Shown: piece after piece, positions 63,981-64,000 of the stretch
How the letters are laid out: every line of letters begins with the position of its first letter
Position numbering within the stretch: the stretch's first letter is position 1
Assembly (NCBI GenBank): GCA_012295275.1
Contig: CM022667.1
Span: 2,046,001-2,110,000 of the forward strand
Reading direction: 5' to 3'
DNA from: Chrysomallon squamiferum
Taxonomy: Eukaryota > Animalia > Mollusca
Length of the DNA: 64,000 nt
The notes under the pieces: model-generated
Database searches by the model: none
What the model saw: the letters and a program-made list of their open reading frames with translations, nothing else
Told to the model about the DNA's origin: nothing
Program-made: the position numbers and the translations under genes

Positions 63981-64000
63981 TTTTCTTGTTTTGTTTAGTT
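63700..64000 (-). other. 3' end (terminal exon, poly(A) signal, part of intron 2) of a third Gly/Met/Tyr gene copy; coding exon lies beyond the window
   Basis: Near-identical terminal exon starting at 63835 (acceptor CAG 63838-63836, first bases AA) and AATAAA at 63736-63731. Confidence 0.85.

Larger units (their letters stand above)
55100..64000. repeat. Tandem segmental duplication, ~3.8-4.1 kb unit, at least 3 copies
   Basis: Homologous terminal-exon starts at 55948, 60070 and 63835 (spacing 4122 and 3765 bp). Promoter, spacer and 3' flank blocks are shared. Confidence 0.9.

Overview
AT-rich, microsatellite-saturated animal genomic DNA. A mollusc, possibly a cephalopod, is inferred from repeat content, intron conservation and gene content but is not proven. 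Almost all of the supplied ORF track is translated microsatellite, so the real genes were reconstructed by splicing. (1) Last coding exon of a TRPC-type channel (400-590, +). (2) A ~23 kb gene-free interval with non-repetitive, motif-dense islands, a pogo/Tigger MITE and a Chapaev3-like transposase relic. (3) A small secreted precursor with one non-canonical EGF-like module followed by GKR and RRRR processing sites (24321-24638, +). (4) A complete 15-exon SLC5A/SGLT-SMIT-type sodium:sugar/polyol symporter, 639 aa (36769-46749, +). (5) The first two exons of a GlyR/GluCl/GABA-type Cys-loop ligand-gated channel (52154-54776, +). (6) Antisense within what appears to be intron 2 of that channel, a ~4 kb-period tandem array of at least three genes for tiny secreted proteins made almost only of Gly, Met and Tyr (GGYGMM repeats). 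Each complete copy has a TATA promoter, an intron-split TAA stop codon and a C-terminal Gly-Lys. The nested Gly/Met/Tyr array and the EGF-like prohormone are the best candidates for undescribed biology.
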